Assembly: GCA_964493385.1 (NCBI GenBank)
Contig: CAZBNW010000005.1
Coordinates: forward strand, 1 to 60,963
Origin: an uncultured archaeon
Lineage (GTDB): Archaea; Asgardarchaeota; Lokiarchaeia; Sigyniarchaeales; SOKP01
DNA length: 60,963 nucleotides
Reading direction: 5' to 3'
The position numbers were made by a program, and so were the translations under genes. Positions 1-10,363 of this stretch are shown piece by piece. Position 1 is the first letter of the stretch. Every line of letters begins with the position of its first letter. Below the pieces are notes generated by a model that did not search any database, was not told where the DNA came from, and was given only the letters and a program-made list of their open reading frames with translations.

Positions 1-1573
1 TACAAAAATCATTCATACCCTCAACAGCTTTAGAAAAATACCAAAAAGATTCGGGGATTTCAGGATTTCCAAAATTACAGCAGTTTACCATGGCCATGGG
101 TCTTGCTCCATTTGCTATTAAATTCCCACCAACTTCAACTAATCCACCTTTAGCCCCTTCGTATGGATCTAAAAAGCAGTGTTTTGAATTAACACCAACA
201 CTAGCAGCTATAAATTTATCCGTACCAATGATTCTTAGAACACCAGAATCTCCTTCTCCACATTTCACAATTGATCGAACACCGACTTCATGATCATATT
301 GTCGGTAAACCCACTCTTTACTACATATATTTTCTGATGCTATTAATTTATAGACAATTTCATCTAATCCTAAAGATGGTTTTGGAGTTTTTTGAACTAA
401 TAATTCATCTAAATAGGAAGGTCGTTTTTCTTGCCGTTTAAAAGCAGGAGATTCAGATAAAGCTTTTGAAGGGATATTTACAACAAGGTCATCACCATTA
501 AATACCTTAAGAACTTTTGAGTCATCAGTTCTACCAATTACAGCAAAATTCATTTCAAATTTTCTAAATACATCAAGAACTGTCTCTAATCCCTCTGGTT
601 TAACGATGAAAGCCATTCTCTCTTGTGATTCAGAGAGCATAATTTCATAAGAATTCATTCCGGGTTCTCTAGTAAAAACTTTTCTTAAATATACCTTTGC
701 TCCAGTATTCCCGTCACCAGTTAATTCACTTGTTGCACAAGTTAAACCCCCTCCACCAAGATCTTTCAACCCCCTTATAAAACCAGTTTTTATTGCTTCT
801 AAAGTAGCTTCAATAATCATTTTTTTAGTAAATGGATCACCAATTTGAACAGCTGGGCGATCTGCTTCAGACATTTCAGTTAAAGTACGAGACGCAAATG
901 TTACTCCATGAATCCCATCTCGCCCAGTGGATCCCCCCATTAGGATTACATAATCACCAGGATTATAAGCTCTACTAGGAGCATGTTCAAAATCTTCTAT
1001 TGTCCCTAATCCTATACAAGCAACGTTTACTAAACAATTACTTTCAAAACTGTCATCAAATTCAACTTCTCCTCCTATTGTTGGTATTCCTGTACAATTG
1101 CCATAATCAGCTATACCTTTTACAACATATTTAAACAACCATTGAGAATGTGGATTATCTTTTAAGTGCCCAAACCTTAATGGATCTAATAGAGCAATTG
1201 GTCGAACACCCATACATAAAATATCTCTTATTATTCCACCAATTCCAGTAGCAGCCCCATGATAAGGTTCAATTGCTGATGGATGATTATGTGATTCAAT
1301 TCGAAATGCTAAGGCATATCCATCTCCGATATCAATTACTCCAGCATCTTGTCCGGGACCAGCCAATACATAGTCATAATTTGCCTCAGCATCCTCAAAT
1401 ATCTTTAATTTCGGTCGTGATGACTTATAAGAACAATGTTCTGACCACATGACATCAAATGCACCTAGTTCAGTAATACTAGGTTCCCTACCCAGTAAAT
1501 CCTTTACTCTTTCAAACTCTACTTCAGTCATCTCTACGTTTGCTTCTTCTCCATTTAATTTTACCTTAGTCAT
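1..1573 (-). CDS. purL: phosphoribosylformylglycinamidine synthase subunit PurL (FGAM synthase II), N-terminal part; C-terminus lies beyond the left window edge
   Basis: Absent from the ORF track because it runs off the window. My minus-strand translation from ATG 1573-1571 gives MTKVKLNGEEANVEMTEVEFERVKDLLGREPSITELGAFDVMWSEHCSYKSSRP...ESHNHPSAIEPYHGAATGIGGIIRD..., typical PurL. The start overlaps the purQ stop (TAATG). GGAGG lies 8 nt upstream. Confidence 0.9.
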   Translation of the reverse strand, partial: MTKVKLNGEEANVEMTEVEFERVKDLLGREPSITELGAFDVMWSEHCSYKSSRPKLKIFEDAEANYDYVLAGPGQDAGVIDIGDGYALAFRIESHNHPSAIEPYHGAATGIGGIIRDILCMGVRPIALLDPLRFGHLKDNPHSQWLFKYVVKGIADYGNCTGIPTIGGEVEFDDSFESNCLVNVACIGLGTIEDFEHAPSRAYNPGDYVILMGGSTGRDGIHGVTFASRTLTEMSEADRPAVQIGDPFTKKMIIEATLEAIKTGFIRGLKDLGGGGLTCATSELTGDGNTGAKVYLRKVFTREPGMNSYEIMLSESQERMAFIVKPEGLETVLDVFRKFEMNFAVIGRTDDSKVLKVFNGDDLVVNIPSKALSESPAFKRQEKRPSYLDELLVQKTPKPSLGLDEIVYKLIASENICSKEWVYRQYDHEVGVRSIVKCGEGDSGVLRIIGTDKFIAASVGVNSKHCFLDPYEGAKGGLVEVGGNLIANGARPMAMVNCCNFGNPEIPESFWYFSKAVEGMNDFC

Positions 1574-2283
1574 TAGGAGGTCCTCCGAGTTATAAATTCG
1601 ATTATAGATTCAAAAAACAATTTTCCATGATTAGTTCTTTTTGGGCTTAAGATTGCTTCTGAGGCACGTTCAGGGTGAGGCATTAATCCAACGCAATTTT
1701 GTTCTAAATTACAAACTCCTGCAATATTTTCTAATGAACCATTGGGATTAGCATCATCAGTAAATTCACCTTTCTCCGTAGAATATCTAAAGACAATTTG
1801 GTTATTTTCTTCTAATTCCTTCAAGATATCAGTAAAATATCGACCTTCTGAATGAGCTATAGGTAAAGCAAGAACATCACCCAAATTCATTTTATTTGAA
1901 AATGCAGTATTATTATTTTCTACTTTAAGATTTACCCATTTGCATATAAATTTGAGAGAATCATTTTTTAATAATGCACCTGGAAGGAATTGGGCTTCAG
2001 CTAAAATTTGAAAACCATTACAAATACCTATAACAGGTTTTCCGTCTTTAAGCATTATTTTTGCTTCATCTATTGCCGGACTATGGGCAGCAATAATTCC
2101 ACCTCTTAAATAATCCCCAAATGAAAATCCTCCGGGTAAAATAACACCGTCATATTTAGATTCTTTAAAATAATTATGCCAGACTAAATCAACATCAACA
2201 TGAATAATATTTTTTAAAACATGTATAGTATCCAAATCACAATTAGCTCCCGGAAATTGGATTACTGCTATTTTTATACTCAT
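1573..2283 (-). CDS. purQ: phosphoribosylformylglycinamidine synthase glutaminase subunit PurQ
   Basis: 236 aa. Class I glutamine amidotransferase motifs GICNGFQIL and MPHPER. Lies between purS and purL. Confidence 0.95.
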   Translation of the reverse strand: MSIKIAVIQFPGANCDLDTIHVLKNIIHVDVDLVWHNYFKESKYDGVILPGGFSFGDYLRGGIIAAHSPAIDEAKIMLKDGKPVIGICNGFQILAEAQFLPGALLKNDSLKFICKWVNLKVENNNTAFSNKMNLGDVLALPIAHSEGRYFTDILKELEENNQIVFRYSTEKGEFTDDANPNGSLENIAGVCNLEQNCVGLMPHPERASEAILSPKRTNHGKLFFESIIEFITRRTS

Positions 2284-2289
2284 AATTTC

Positions 2290-2562
2290 TTAAGATTCTC
2301 TTTTTAATTTTAAGATTCTGAAATTTTGAGTTACCGGGTTGTATATTCTCAACTTATTTAATAAGTCTTCGACAATATCTTTAGCTCGCTCTTCACTTTC
2401 ACTATTAAGATTAAATCTCAGATATTGTCCACTTCGAACGTTTGAAACCATATCATAACCTTTTTTTGCAAGTAGATCACGTTTTATTGTTTCACCTACA
2501 GGATCACGAGCTTTTTCTTTATTAGTTATAATAACTTCTACAACAAATTCTTGACGATTCAT
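2290..2562 (-). CDS. purS: phosphoribosylformylglycinamidine synthase subunit PurS
   Basis: 90 aa, PurS size. Sits directly upstream of purQ-purL; contains the DPVGETI segment. Confidence 0.85.
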   Translation of the reverse strand: MNRQEFVVEVIITNKEKARDPVGETIKRDLLAKKGYDMVSNVRSGQYLRFNLNSESEERAKDIVEDLLNKLRIYNPVTQNFRILKLKRES

Positions 2563-2788
2563 TTATAAAAAAAGAGTTTGTATATATTTTTATTAATTCT
2601 TATTAACTTAAAAATAATGCTCATCGACAAAAACGACAAGAGTTAGTTTTTCTTCAATTTTGTTTAAGTAATTACTCTAAGCTAAACCCCAAATTTCTAA
2701 GAGAAAAAATTATCGTTGAAAGTAAAATTAATATAATAAAAATTTGCACACACCAAGGAGTATAAGTTCTTTGAGTATGAGAAATAAA

Positions 2789-2992
2789 TTATATATACCC
2801 TAAGCTTATAATTATTGCGAGTATTAGAGCTAACAGACCGAATATTAAAGCAAATTTACTTCGTTTGGGTATAACAGTTGCTTTAAAATCTTCATTTTTT
2901 TCTTGTTTATAGCTTTTGAGATCTAGTATAAGATATACAAAGCTAAGCACGAATAATGTAAAATTAATGAATAAGAGAATTAAATTAAACAT
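2789..2992 (-). CDS. small hypothetical membrane protein (two hydrophobic helices)
   Basis: 67-aa ORF with two hydrophobic stretches separated by a lysine-rich loop. No family recognised. Confidence 0.35.
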   Translation of the reverse strand: MFNLILLFINFTLFVLSFVYLILDLKSYKQEKNEDFKATVIPKRSKFALIFGLLALILAIIISLGYI

Positions 2993-3038
2993 AATACGAT
3001 AAAATACTGCGAATTATTATTTAAACTTTTCTTAAATG

Positions 3039-4016
3039 CTATAAATAATTGGCTTCCTTTAAACTTTCATAAATCCTTTTTTTTACATCTGATACATCTG
3101 CTTTAAATTCTAATCCCGTAATTTTCTTATAACTTCTCATATACCTTTTTGCTAATTTTATTTTGATATCTTCGGAAATTGGAGGAATTTCTTCATCTTG
3201 TTTGATATCAGGAAAAATATCGGGGTAAGTTTCCATAAGCCATCCTCTAAAGATTTCTTTATCTAAAATTTCGGGGGTGTCTCCTTTTTCAAATTTTTCG
3301 TCATAGGTATCGAGGATCCAGAATCGAGATGAATCTTGGGTGTGTATTTCATCAATAACCATTAATTCACCTTCTTTTAATCCAAATTCATATTTTGTGT
3401 CTACTAAGATAAGACCATTCTTTTCACAAAAATCTTGTCCAAATTTAAATAATTTAAGCGCAGCTTCTTCCATCTCTTCATAAACGTCCTTTTCAACCAT
3501 TCCTTTTTTTAATATCTCTTTTTTTGAGAGATATATATCATGTCCTGACTCTGCTTTTGTAGAGGGTGTTATGATAATATCATCAAATTTCTGATTTTTT
3601 TTCATTCCTTTAGGAGGCATTATACCTGAAGTGGATTTCCCTTTGTTATAATCGCGCCACATACTTCCAGTTAGATATCCCCTTATAACTACTTCAACTG
3701 GGACTGTCTTACATTGATGAACAACAGCTACATTAGGATCCGGAATATTAATAATGTGATTTTTAACAATATCTTTAGTTTTTTCAAACCAGAAAGATGA
3801 AACCTGGTTTAGCATTTGTCCTTTAAATGGAATTGTAGTTATTACCCTATCGAAAGCACTCAAACGGTCTGTTGCGACAATTATTCTTATATCTTTTTTT
3901 ATATAATTGTCTCTAACTTTTCCTCGATATAATTCCCCTAAATTAGAGAAATCTGTTTCCTTTAAGGTGTAGTTTAATTGCTCCTTAATTATATTATCAA
4001 TATTCTTAGCAACCAT
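3039..4016 (-). CDS. purC: phosphoribosylaminoimidazole-succinocarboxamide synthase (SAICAR synthetase), long form
   Basis: 325 aa. LYRGKVRDNY near the N-terminus and LILVDTKYEFG, both typical of PurC. Confidence 0.9.
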   Translation of the reverse strand: MVAKNIDNIIKEQLNYTLKETDFSNLGELYRGKVRDNYIKKDIRIIVATDRLSAFDRVITTIPFKGQMLNQVSSFWFEKTKDIVKNHIINIPDPNVAVVHQCKTVPVEVVIRGYLTGSMWRDYNKGKSTSGIMPPKGMKKNQKFDDIIITPSTKAESGHDIYLSKKEILKKGMVEKDVYEEMEEAALKLFKFGQDFCEKNGLILVDTKYEFGLKEGELMVIDEIHTQDSSRFWILDTYDEKFEKGDTPEILDKEIFRGWLMETYPDIFPDIKQDEEIPPISEDIKIKLAKRYMRSYKKITGLEFKADVSDVKKRIYESLKEANYL

Positions 4017-4078
4017 GGTAATTATTAATTGAGAAATCCATAAAAATCCTTATTATTAATAAAGAAATAAAAATTAGG

Positions 4079-4543
4079 TCAATCTACATTGACAGAAATT
4101 CCACATTTATTACATCTTTTTGTACCACGGAATAATGGATTGCTACATTCAGGACAATGATATCTCATTTCCTCCCGTTCTACCCATTTTTCGGTACCTA
4201 ATTCTCTCCATTGTGGAATCGCTCTCATTATAACTTTTTTTCCAACAGGGATAGGGAATCTTTTAATATTCTTACATGGCCATTCATCACACTGATAACA
4301 TCCTTCTAATTCTTTGTCTTTTACGCAACTCTTGATAGGGCAAGTTTGGCAGTATCCAAAGACAATTTCCTCAGAAAGACAACCCAGACATTGAATATCA
4401 TCTACAGTTTCTGCGAAAGGTTTATAAACTTTAACCAACCTTTCTTTAAATTTTAAAATATTATCTCTATGAGCAATATATATTGCACATACACCACAAT
4501 ATAATCCACAGGGAGCTAAGAGAGCTTTATTCATATTAGTCAT
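4079..4543 (-). CDS. cysteine-rich protein, DUF3795-like
   Basis: 154 aa. N-terminal APCGLYCGVC and several CxxC pairs (CPECSNP...CNKCG). Family assignment is from memory. Confidence 0.5.
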   Translation of the reverse strand: MTNMNKALLAPCGLYCGVCAIYIAHRDNILKFKERLVKVYKPFAETVDDIQCLGCLSEEIVFGYCQTCPIKSCVKDKELEGCYQCDEWPCKNIKRFPIPVGKKVIMRAIPQWRELGTEKWVEREEMRYHCPECSNPLFRGTKRCNKCGISVNVD

Positions 4544-4560
4544 TTTAGATTCTCATCTTT

Positions 4561-4935
4561 TTATTTTTTGTAATAAATTCCATTATTAAATTCTTTACTT
4601 GAATATTTTCTTTTATTTTTTTCCATTTTTCTTATAAATAATTGACTTAAATCCAAGTCTAAAATATTAATAAGACTTATAAGATAAATAAAAACATCAG
4701 CAATTTCATCAGAAATATCTGTAAGGAGTTTCTCATCATTCCTAATTTCTTCTTTTTTGTAATCTTTAAAAAGTAGCAGTTGAGATAATTCTCCTGCTTC
4801 ACAATTTATAGCTTGGACTAAATTCTTGGGAGTGTGATATTTACTCCAATTACGGTCTTCTACAAATTTTTTCACTTCTTTTTTAAAAAATGAAATTGAT
4901 GTATGAAGATCCTTACAATTATTATTTTCATTCAT
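4561..4935 (-). CDS. MazG-like nucleotide pyrophosphohydrolase (dCTP pyrophosphatase-like)
   Basis: 124 aa. EAGELSQLL and DEIADVFIYL match the MazG EExE/DE metal-binding helices. Confidence 0.7.
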   Translation of the reverse strand: MNENNNCKDLHTSISFFKKEVKKFVEDRNWSKYHTPKNLVQAINCEAGELSQLLLFKDYKKEEIRNDEKLLTDISDEIADVFIYLISLINILDLDLSQLFIRKMEKNKRKYSSKEFNNGIYYKK

Positions 4936-4977
4936 AATAAATCAAGTGAAACGGATTAAGTGAAATATATGTATTAT

Positions 4978-5877
4978 TCACTTAAGTTTTCTAATAAATT
5001 CCATTATTAAATCATTAATTATGTCTTTTCTCTGAGCAGGAGCAAAATGCCCAGCCATATCAATAATATTTAATACAGAATTTGGAATCATTCTATGTAA
5101 TTCTTCTGACATCTGCTCTGGAACAAAATTATCAAGCCTTCCCCCAATTATTAGAGTAGGGCAACTAATACCTGATGGGTCATATTCCTTTATTTCATGT
5201 ATCATTCGAAAAATTTGGTCTTCAATTTGCATATATAATTGATCTTTAGTTAAATTTAATCCTGCTAATGAATCAGATAAAGCAGTTATTATATAAGGGA
5301 CTGTTTTATCTAATATTTTTTCAACAGAATTAGCTAAAACTTCTAAAAAATTCATTCGGATAAAATAGGGAAGCAAATTGTAAAAAATGTTTCTGACAAC
5401 ATTATCAATCATGATATATCCTGAATTTAAAAGGATAAGAAATTTGATATCATCAGGGTGCTTCATTGCAAATAGCTGACCAATCATGCCACCAACAAGA
5501 GAATGTCCTATTATTCCAAATTTTTCATTTATTCCTAAATACTTTAGAAGATCTTCTAAATCTCGAATGATATCATATCTCAGATTTTTAGAAAGATTTA
5601 ATTCTGTAGGGTGATCACTCCTCCCATGCCCTAGTGCGTCAAAAGCTATGATTTTATAATTTTCTTTCAATATTTTTATTTGAGCTTTGAAAAAAGAAGC
5701 AGATGATGCGAAACCATGAAGTAAAATAATGGTACAATCCTTTGAATGTGGGTTAATATTCTCATAATATAGATTGTAACCCTCTTGGTTCTTGAAATAA
5801 GGCATGTGAGATAGATACCTATAATATTCTATAATTTCTGAAATAAAAGATTCCAAAAATACTTTTCTAAATTTCAA
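4978..5877 (-). CDS. alpha/beta-fold hydrolase
   Basis: 299 aa. HGF oxyanion motif (ILLHGFASS), nucleophile elbow GHSLVGG, C-terminal AGHF histidine. Confidence 0.8.
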   Translation of the reverse strand: MKFRKVFLESFISEIIEYYRYLSHMPYFKNQEGYNLYYENINPHSKDCTIILLHGFASSASFFKAQIKILKENYKIIAFDALGHGRSDHPTELNLSKNLRYDIIRDLEDLLKYLGINEKFGIIGHSLVGGMIGQLFAMKHPDDIKFLILLNSGYIMIDNVVRNIFYNLLPYFIRMNFLEVLANSVEKILDKTVPYIITALSDSLAGLNLTKDQLYMQIEDQIFRMIHEIKEYDPSGISCPTLIIGGRLDNFVPEQMSEELHRMIPNSVLNIIDMAGHFAPAQRKDIINDLIMEFIRKLK

Positions 5878-5994
5878 AAATAATAAGAAATATGGGGTTT
5901 ACAATAAAATTTTTACACAGTTCAAAGTTCATTGGAAATGAATTAATGAATATTTTTCACATTTAAGAATTAAAAAAAAATAATGTAAGAAAGT

Positions 5995-7452
5995 CTAAAG
6001 ATCTTTAGTTACTCGCTTCTTTCCATAAATGTCTAGAAGAGCTGGCATGAAAATCCTATTTAATTTTTTATATATTTTTAAATTTTCTTTAATTGGATTT
6101 TTAATTGTTGGAAATCTAACCATATTTTCAATAGCTTTCTCAATTGTATCAAATCTCTTACATCCAAAAAATCCTAAAATTGCAGCACCCATAGCGGCAC
6201 CATCTTTAGTCTCTGGAACTAATATTCGTCTTGATGTCACATCAGCAAAAATTTGAGCTAATAAATCACTATTCATTGCTCCTCCGTCAACTCTCAATTC
6301 AGTGGTTTTTGCTCCACCCATTCCTTCTGTCAATTGGAGATACATTCGAGCTCCTAGAGCCGCAGTTTCCATTATTGACCTTATCATATGTGCTCTAGTA
6401 TGATTCCAACCTAAACCGTGAAAAGTTCCTTTTCGGAATATGAATAAGGGAAGAAATAGCAATCCTTCACTTCCGGGGGGTACTGTAGCTGCTTCTTTAG
6501 CCAGCATATCATAAACATTGATATTCTTCTCTTGACTCTCTTTAATTTGTAATTGCGAAAAATTCTCTGCAAACCATTTTAATGCAGTACCTGTTCCTGG
6601 AGTTATTCCCTCAATATTCCATTTTCCCTTAATAACAGAAGGTAATGAAAAAATAGGAAAATCTCCAGCAGAATCAATGGGCTTATCTACAACATAATCC
6701 ACAAACACACCCGATCCAGCAGTAGCTTTAGCTTGACCATTATCAATCACACCTAAACCTAATGCTGAACATTGTTGATCCCCACCACCTAATATAACTG
6801 GAATATTTTTCTTTAAACCTAAAGCATCCGCAGCAGTATTAGTCAACTCACCAATGATTTCACCAGGTGTATGTACTTCTGGCCATAATTCTATTGGTAA
6901 ATCAAATGACTCTGCTAACTTCTCATCCCATTTAAGTGTATTTTTATTTAAAATCCCGAAAATTCCATTTGTGGGGTCAGTAACACATTTTTTACATAAT
7001 TTCATATATATATAGGTATCTGGTTGGATAATTTTAACTGCTTTACTAAATAAATCTGGTTTATTATTCTTAAGCCATAGAATTTTCGGAATACATCTTC
7101 TAAGATCTACCTCTCTTTTCCACTCTATTGCTGTAGTTTCTTGTCTTTCATCCATCCAAGTTAAAGCAGGATGAAGTATTTCTCCTTGTTTATCAATAAT
7201 AGTAACTGTATCTCGAAGAAATGTTGCTGATATTCCAATAATATTTTCAGGACTAATTGATTTTAATACTTTATTACATGTATTTCTAAGAGCATTCCAC
7301 CAAATTATCGGATCTTGTTCTGAAATACCAATGGGCTGTTTCACAACGGGATATTCCTCATAAGCGTATGCAATTACTTTTCCATTAATATCAAAAATAA
7401 TAGTTCTTGCTCCAGTAGTCCCAACATCAAAAACACATATCAAATCGCTCAT
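5995..7452 (-). CDS. FGGY-family carbohydrate kinase (glycerol/xylulose kinase-like)
   Basis: 485 aa. N-terminal FDVGTTGARTIIFD and C-terminal VDGGAMNS, as in FGGY kinases. Confidence 0.85.
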   Translation of the reverse strand: MSDLICVFDVGTTGARTIIFDINGKVIAYAYEEYPVVKQPIGISEQDPIIWWNALRNTCNKVLKSISPENIIGISATFLRDTVTIIDKQGEILHPALTWMDERQETTAIEWKREVDLRRCIPKILWLKNNKPDLFSKAVKIIQPDTYIYMKLCKKCVTDPTNGIFGILNKNTLKWDEKLAESFDLPIELWPEVHTPGEIIGELTNTAADALGLKKNIPVILGGGDQQCSALGLGVIDNGQAKATAGSGVFVDYVVDKPIDSAGDFPIFSLPSVIKGKWNIEGITPGTGTALKWFAENFSQLQIKESQEKNINVYDMLAKEAATVPPGSEGLLFLPLFIFRKGTFHGLGWNHTRAHMIRSIMETAALGARMYLQLTEGMGGAKTTELRVDGGAMNSDLLAQIFADVTSRRILVPETKDGAAMGAAILGFFGCKRFDTIEKAIENMVRFPTIKNPIKENLKIYKKLNRIFMPALLDIYGKKRVTKDL

Positions 7453-7488
7453 ATAATCACTCTATACAAATTTAATACTTATAATTTT

Positions 7489-8757
7489 TTATAATACTTT
7501 TATTAATAATTCAGATATATCCAATATATTATATTTTTCTTTTTCTGTTTCATATATTCCATATGCTAAGCCTAATTCACAGAGAGGACATGCAGATATG
7601 AAAATATGTGCTTCTGTTTCCTTTAATTCATTAACTCTATTCCGTGCTTCTCTAACAGCCAAATCCTTATCTGCCCAATGAGCAGTACCACTCCAACCAC
7701 AACAATGGCTATACTCTTTGTTATAGATTGGTTCAATAACTTCTATATCCGGGATTTTGTTAATTATCCCTCTGATTGATTCTGTATCTTTCAGATTCCT
7801 AGCAATAAGACAAGGATCATGGATGGTAATCTTTTTATATTCTTCTGGAATATTATTCTGGAGTCGTAATTTTCCATCGTCTATTAATTTCTTAAAATAT
7901 TGAGCAGTATGCAGTATTTCTTTTTCAATTTTGATTCCCGCTTTTTCATATCTATTGGTTAGAGTTAAAACGCAGCCAGGACAGTCTGAAATAATGATTT
8001 CAGCACCAGTTGATTCAATGAGTTCTTTATTTTTATTAGCAAACTCTTTAGCAGTTATTAGATCTCTAATATTAAAAGCTGGACCACCACAACATACTTT
8101 TTTATCAAGATTGGTTGAAAATTTAATTCCAGCTTTTTTCAATATTTCCATATTTGCTTTTATTACTTCAGGGAATTTCATTGATTCACATCCTATATAA
8201 TAAAAGACTTCATCATTACCATCGGTCTCTATGTTTTCTATCCCTTTTTCTTTATAAGTTTCATAAATATTGTATTCTTCTATAGTATTGGTTTTTTTTA
8301 ATTTATTTATCTGCTGTTTACAGTAATCTGGCATCAATCCTTTGTCATTTAAATCATCTCTCACAGTCTCTAAAAGTGATACAACAGAAAATTCAAAAGG
8401 ACACCAGACTTTGCAGTTTTCCTCATTAGAACATTTATACATAAGGTCAATAAAATCCTTATTTTCTTTTTTCGTTGGATCTATTTTTCCTGTTGTTAAA
8501 TAATAACCAATTCGAGCCTTATAAGCAGGGCTCATGGTTTCGGTTAAAGAAGTTTGTAGCGTTCCACAATCAAATTTACACACATTTGGACAAAGCATAC
8601 AGTTCACTAAGTTCTTTATATCAGCTTTATAATCCCCTTCTGGGAAATAGTTCTTATCGCGCATTCGGAAATTTTTCATAAATATCTTTTTAATGTCGCG
8701 ATCCATTTTTTGAATAAATGGACCCACCCATTTATATTTCTTTAAGATTTCACTCAT
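7489..8757 (-). CDS. (Fe-S)-binding oxidoreductase with CCG domains (GlcF/GlpC/HdrD-like)
   Basis: 422 aa. Ferredoxin-like Cys cluster (CPNVCKFDC) plus two CCG-type motifs (VCCGGPA...CPGC; HCCGWSG...CPLC). Confidence 0.75.
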   Translation of the reverse strand: MSEILKKYKWVGPFIQKMDRDIKKIFMKNFRMRDKNYFPEGDYKADIKNLVNCMLCPNVCKFDCGTLQTSLTETMSPAYKARIGYYLTTGKIDPTKKENKDFIDLMYKCSNEENCKVWCPFEFSVVSLLETVRDDLNDKGLMPDYCKQQINKLKKTNTIEEYNIYETYKEKGIENIETDGNDEVFYYIGCESMKFPEVIKANMEILKKAGIKFSTNLDKKVCCGGPAFNIRDLITAKEFANKNKELIESTGAEIIISDCPGCVLTLTNRYEKAGIKIEKEILHTAQYFKKLIDDGKLRLQNNIPEEYKKITIHDPCLIARNLKDTESIRGIINKIPDIEVIEPIYNKEYSHCCGWSGTAHWADKDLAVREARNRVNELKETEAHIFISACPLCELGLAYGIYETEKEKYNILDISELLIKVL

Positions 8758-8769
8758 TTAATTCTCACC

Positions 8770-10239
8770 TCATTCTTTCCATAGACTCTCGTAAATTTTC
8801 CCTGGATTTAAAATAGTATTAGGATCAAGCAATTGTTTTATTTTTTTTAAAGAATCAAAAGCTAATCCCCATTCTACTGACATCCATTTTGCTCTATTGA
8901 TTCCAATACCGTGATGGTGTCCAATTGATCCACCACAATCTTCTACCGTTTTAATAACTGTATTCCATACGTCTTGATAAAATTCAAGATCGGTTTTTTC
9001 TCTTGGAGGTATTCCCGCAAAAGAAAAATAAAATCCTACTCCATTAGAATAGAAATGGGAAACATGTGCTGTTATAAATAATAACCCTTTTACTTTATTT
9101 GCTGCATCTAGTACAGAGTGATACATTTCTGCCGCTTTATCCCATAAAAATCCAATTTCGATGGTATCAATAACCACCCCAATTGTTGGCCCTGATGATA
9201 AATCAGTTACGTTAAATCTAGTTTCAAACCAATATTCAACTGGGTTTTTTCCACAATTAATACCACTGTTCTCTTCACATACTTCTTTAGTAATTTCTTC
9301 TTCAAGATTGACCAGTCTTTTAATCCCTTCACAGACAAATACGACCATAACTTTATCCTTAGCCTTATCTATATGACCAAAGTGTCTAACTGTTTCAACT
9401 GCATCGTAAATCCGGATAACCGCAGGATATATTTGTTGTCTTAATATCTGTCTTGTAGCTTCTAAAGAATCCTCGATAGTAGGAAAAACATAAGAAATAA
9501 GTGTTCTCGATTCAGGATAAGGCCAAATTTTTAGTGTGACTTTTGTTATAATCCCCAGTGTACCTCCACCTCCAATAAACAGCTTCTCAAATTGAGGACC
9601 GGTTGATGTTCGAGCAATAGTCTTAAATTTTAGGATATCTCCTTGTGGTAAAATTACTTCCATACCCATTACCATATCCTCAATTTTACCATATTTAGTT
9701 GAGAATTGTCCTGCGGACCTATGAGCAATCCATCCGCCTACAGAAGAATAATTGAGAGATTGAGGGATATGTCCATGAGTATAACCTTGTGCATTTAAAT
9801 ATCGTTCTAAATTCATTCCATTTATTCCAGATTCAACTGTAACTGTCAGATCCTTATCATTTATATTAAGAATTTTATTAAATTTTTTCATATCAATAAT
9901 GATTCCCCCATAAACTGGTATAGCGCCCCCAACAACTCCAGATCCTTCTCCATAAGGTATTACTGGAATTTTCTCTTGATTAACAAACTTTAAAATTTCT
10001 GTTAGTTGTTCTACAGTTTCTGGCCATGTTATAAAATCCGGCAATCCCGCAATCTTTCCTTGGAGTGTCCAATTGAATCCAATAAGCGTTGTATCTTTAG
10101 TATAAGCTAATATATCAATCTCTTTTGTTGAAACATTCTCAGTTCCTACAATTTCTCTTAGTTTAGCTTCTACTTTTTGTTTATCTTTAATTTCACAGCG
10201 ATTTTCTTTATAGATTAATTCAAATTCTTTTAAGTCCAT
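8770..10239 (-). CDS. FAD-linked oxidase (GlcD / D-lactate dehydrogenase family)
   Basis: 489 aa. FAD_binding_4-type motif PVIPYGEGSGVVGGAIP and C-terminal HHHGIG, typical of the family. Confidence 0.85.
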   Translation of the reverse strand: MDLKEFELIYKENRCEIKDKQKVEAKLREIVGTENVSTKEIDILAYTKDTTLIGFNWTLQGKIAGLPDFITWPETVEQLTEILKFVNQEKIPVIPYGEGSGVVGGAIPVYGGIIIDMKKFNKILNINDKDLTVTVESGINGMNLERYLNAQGYTHGHIPQSLNYSSVGGWIAHRSAGQFSTKYGKIEDMVMGMEVILPQGDILKFKTIARTSTGPQFEKLFIGGGGTLGIITKVTLKIWPYPESRTLISYVFPTIEDSLEATRQILRQQIYPAVIRIYDAVETVRHFGHIDKAKDKVMVVFVCEGIKRLVNLEEEITKEVCEENSGINCGKNPVEYWFETRFNVTDLSSGPTIGVVIDTIEIGFLWDKAAEMYHSVLDAANKVKGLLFITAHVSHFYSNGVGFYFSFAGIPPREKTDLEFYQDVWNTVIKTVEDCGGSIGHHHGIGINRAKWMSVEWGLAFDSLKKIKQLLDPNTILNPGKIYESLWKE

Positions 10240-10363
10240 TAATAATCCCCATACATTATAATATAATTATCATACTAAAATGATTAGAATTAATTTAAAA
10301 TTTTGATTTATCAAACGAATTTATTATTACTCAAAACCCAACAATAAAAAAAGTAAATTTCAT

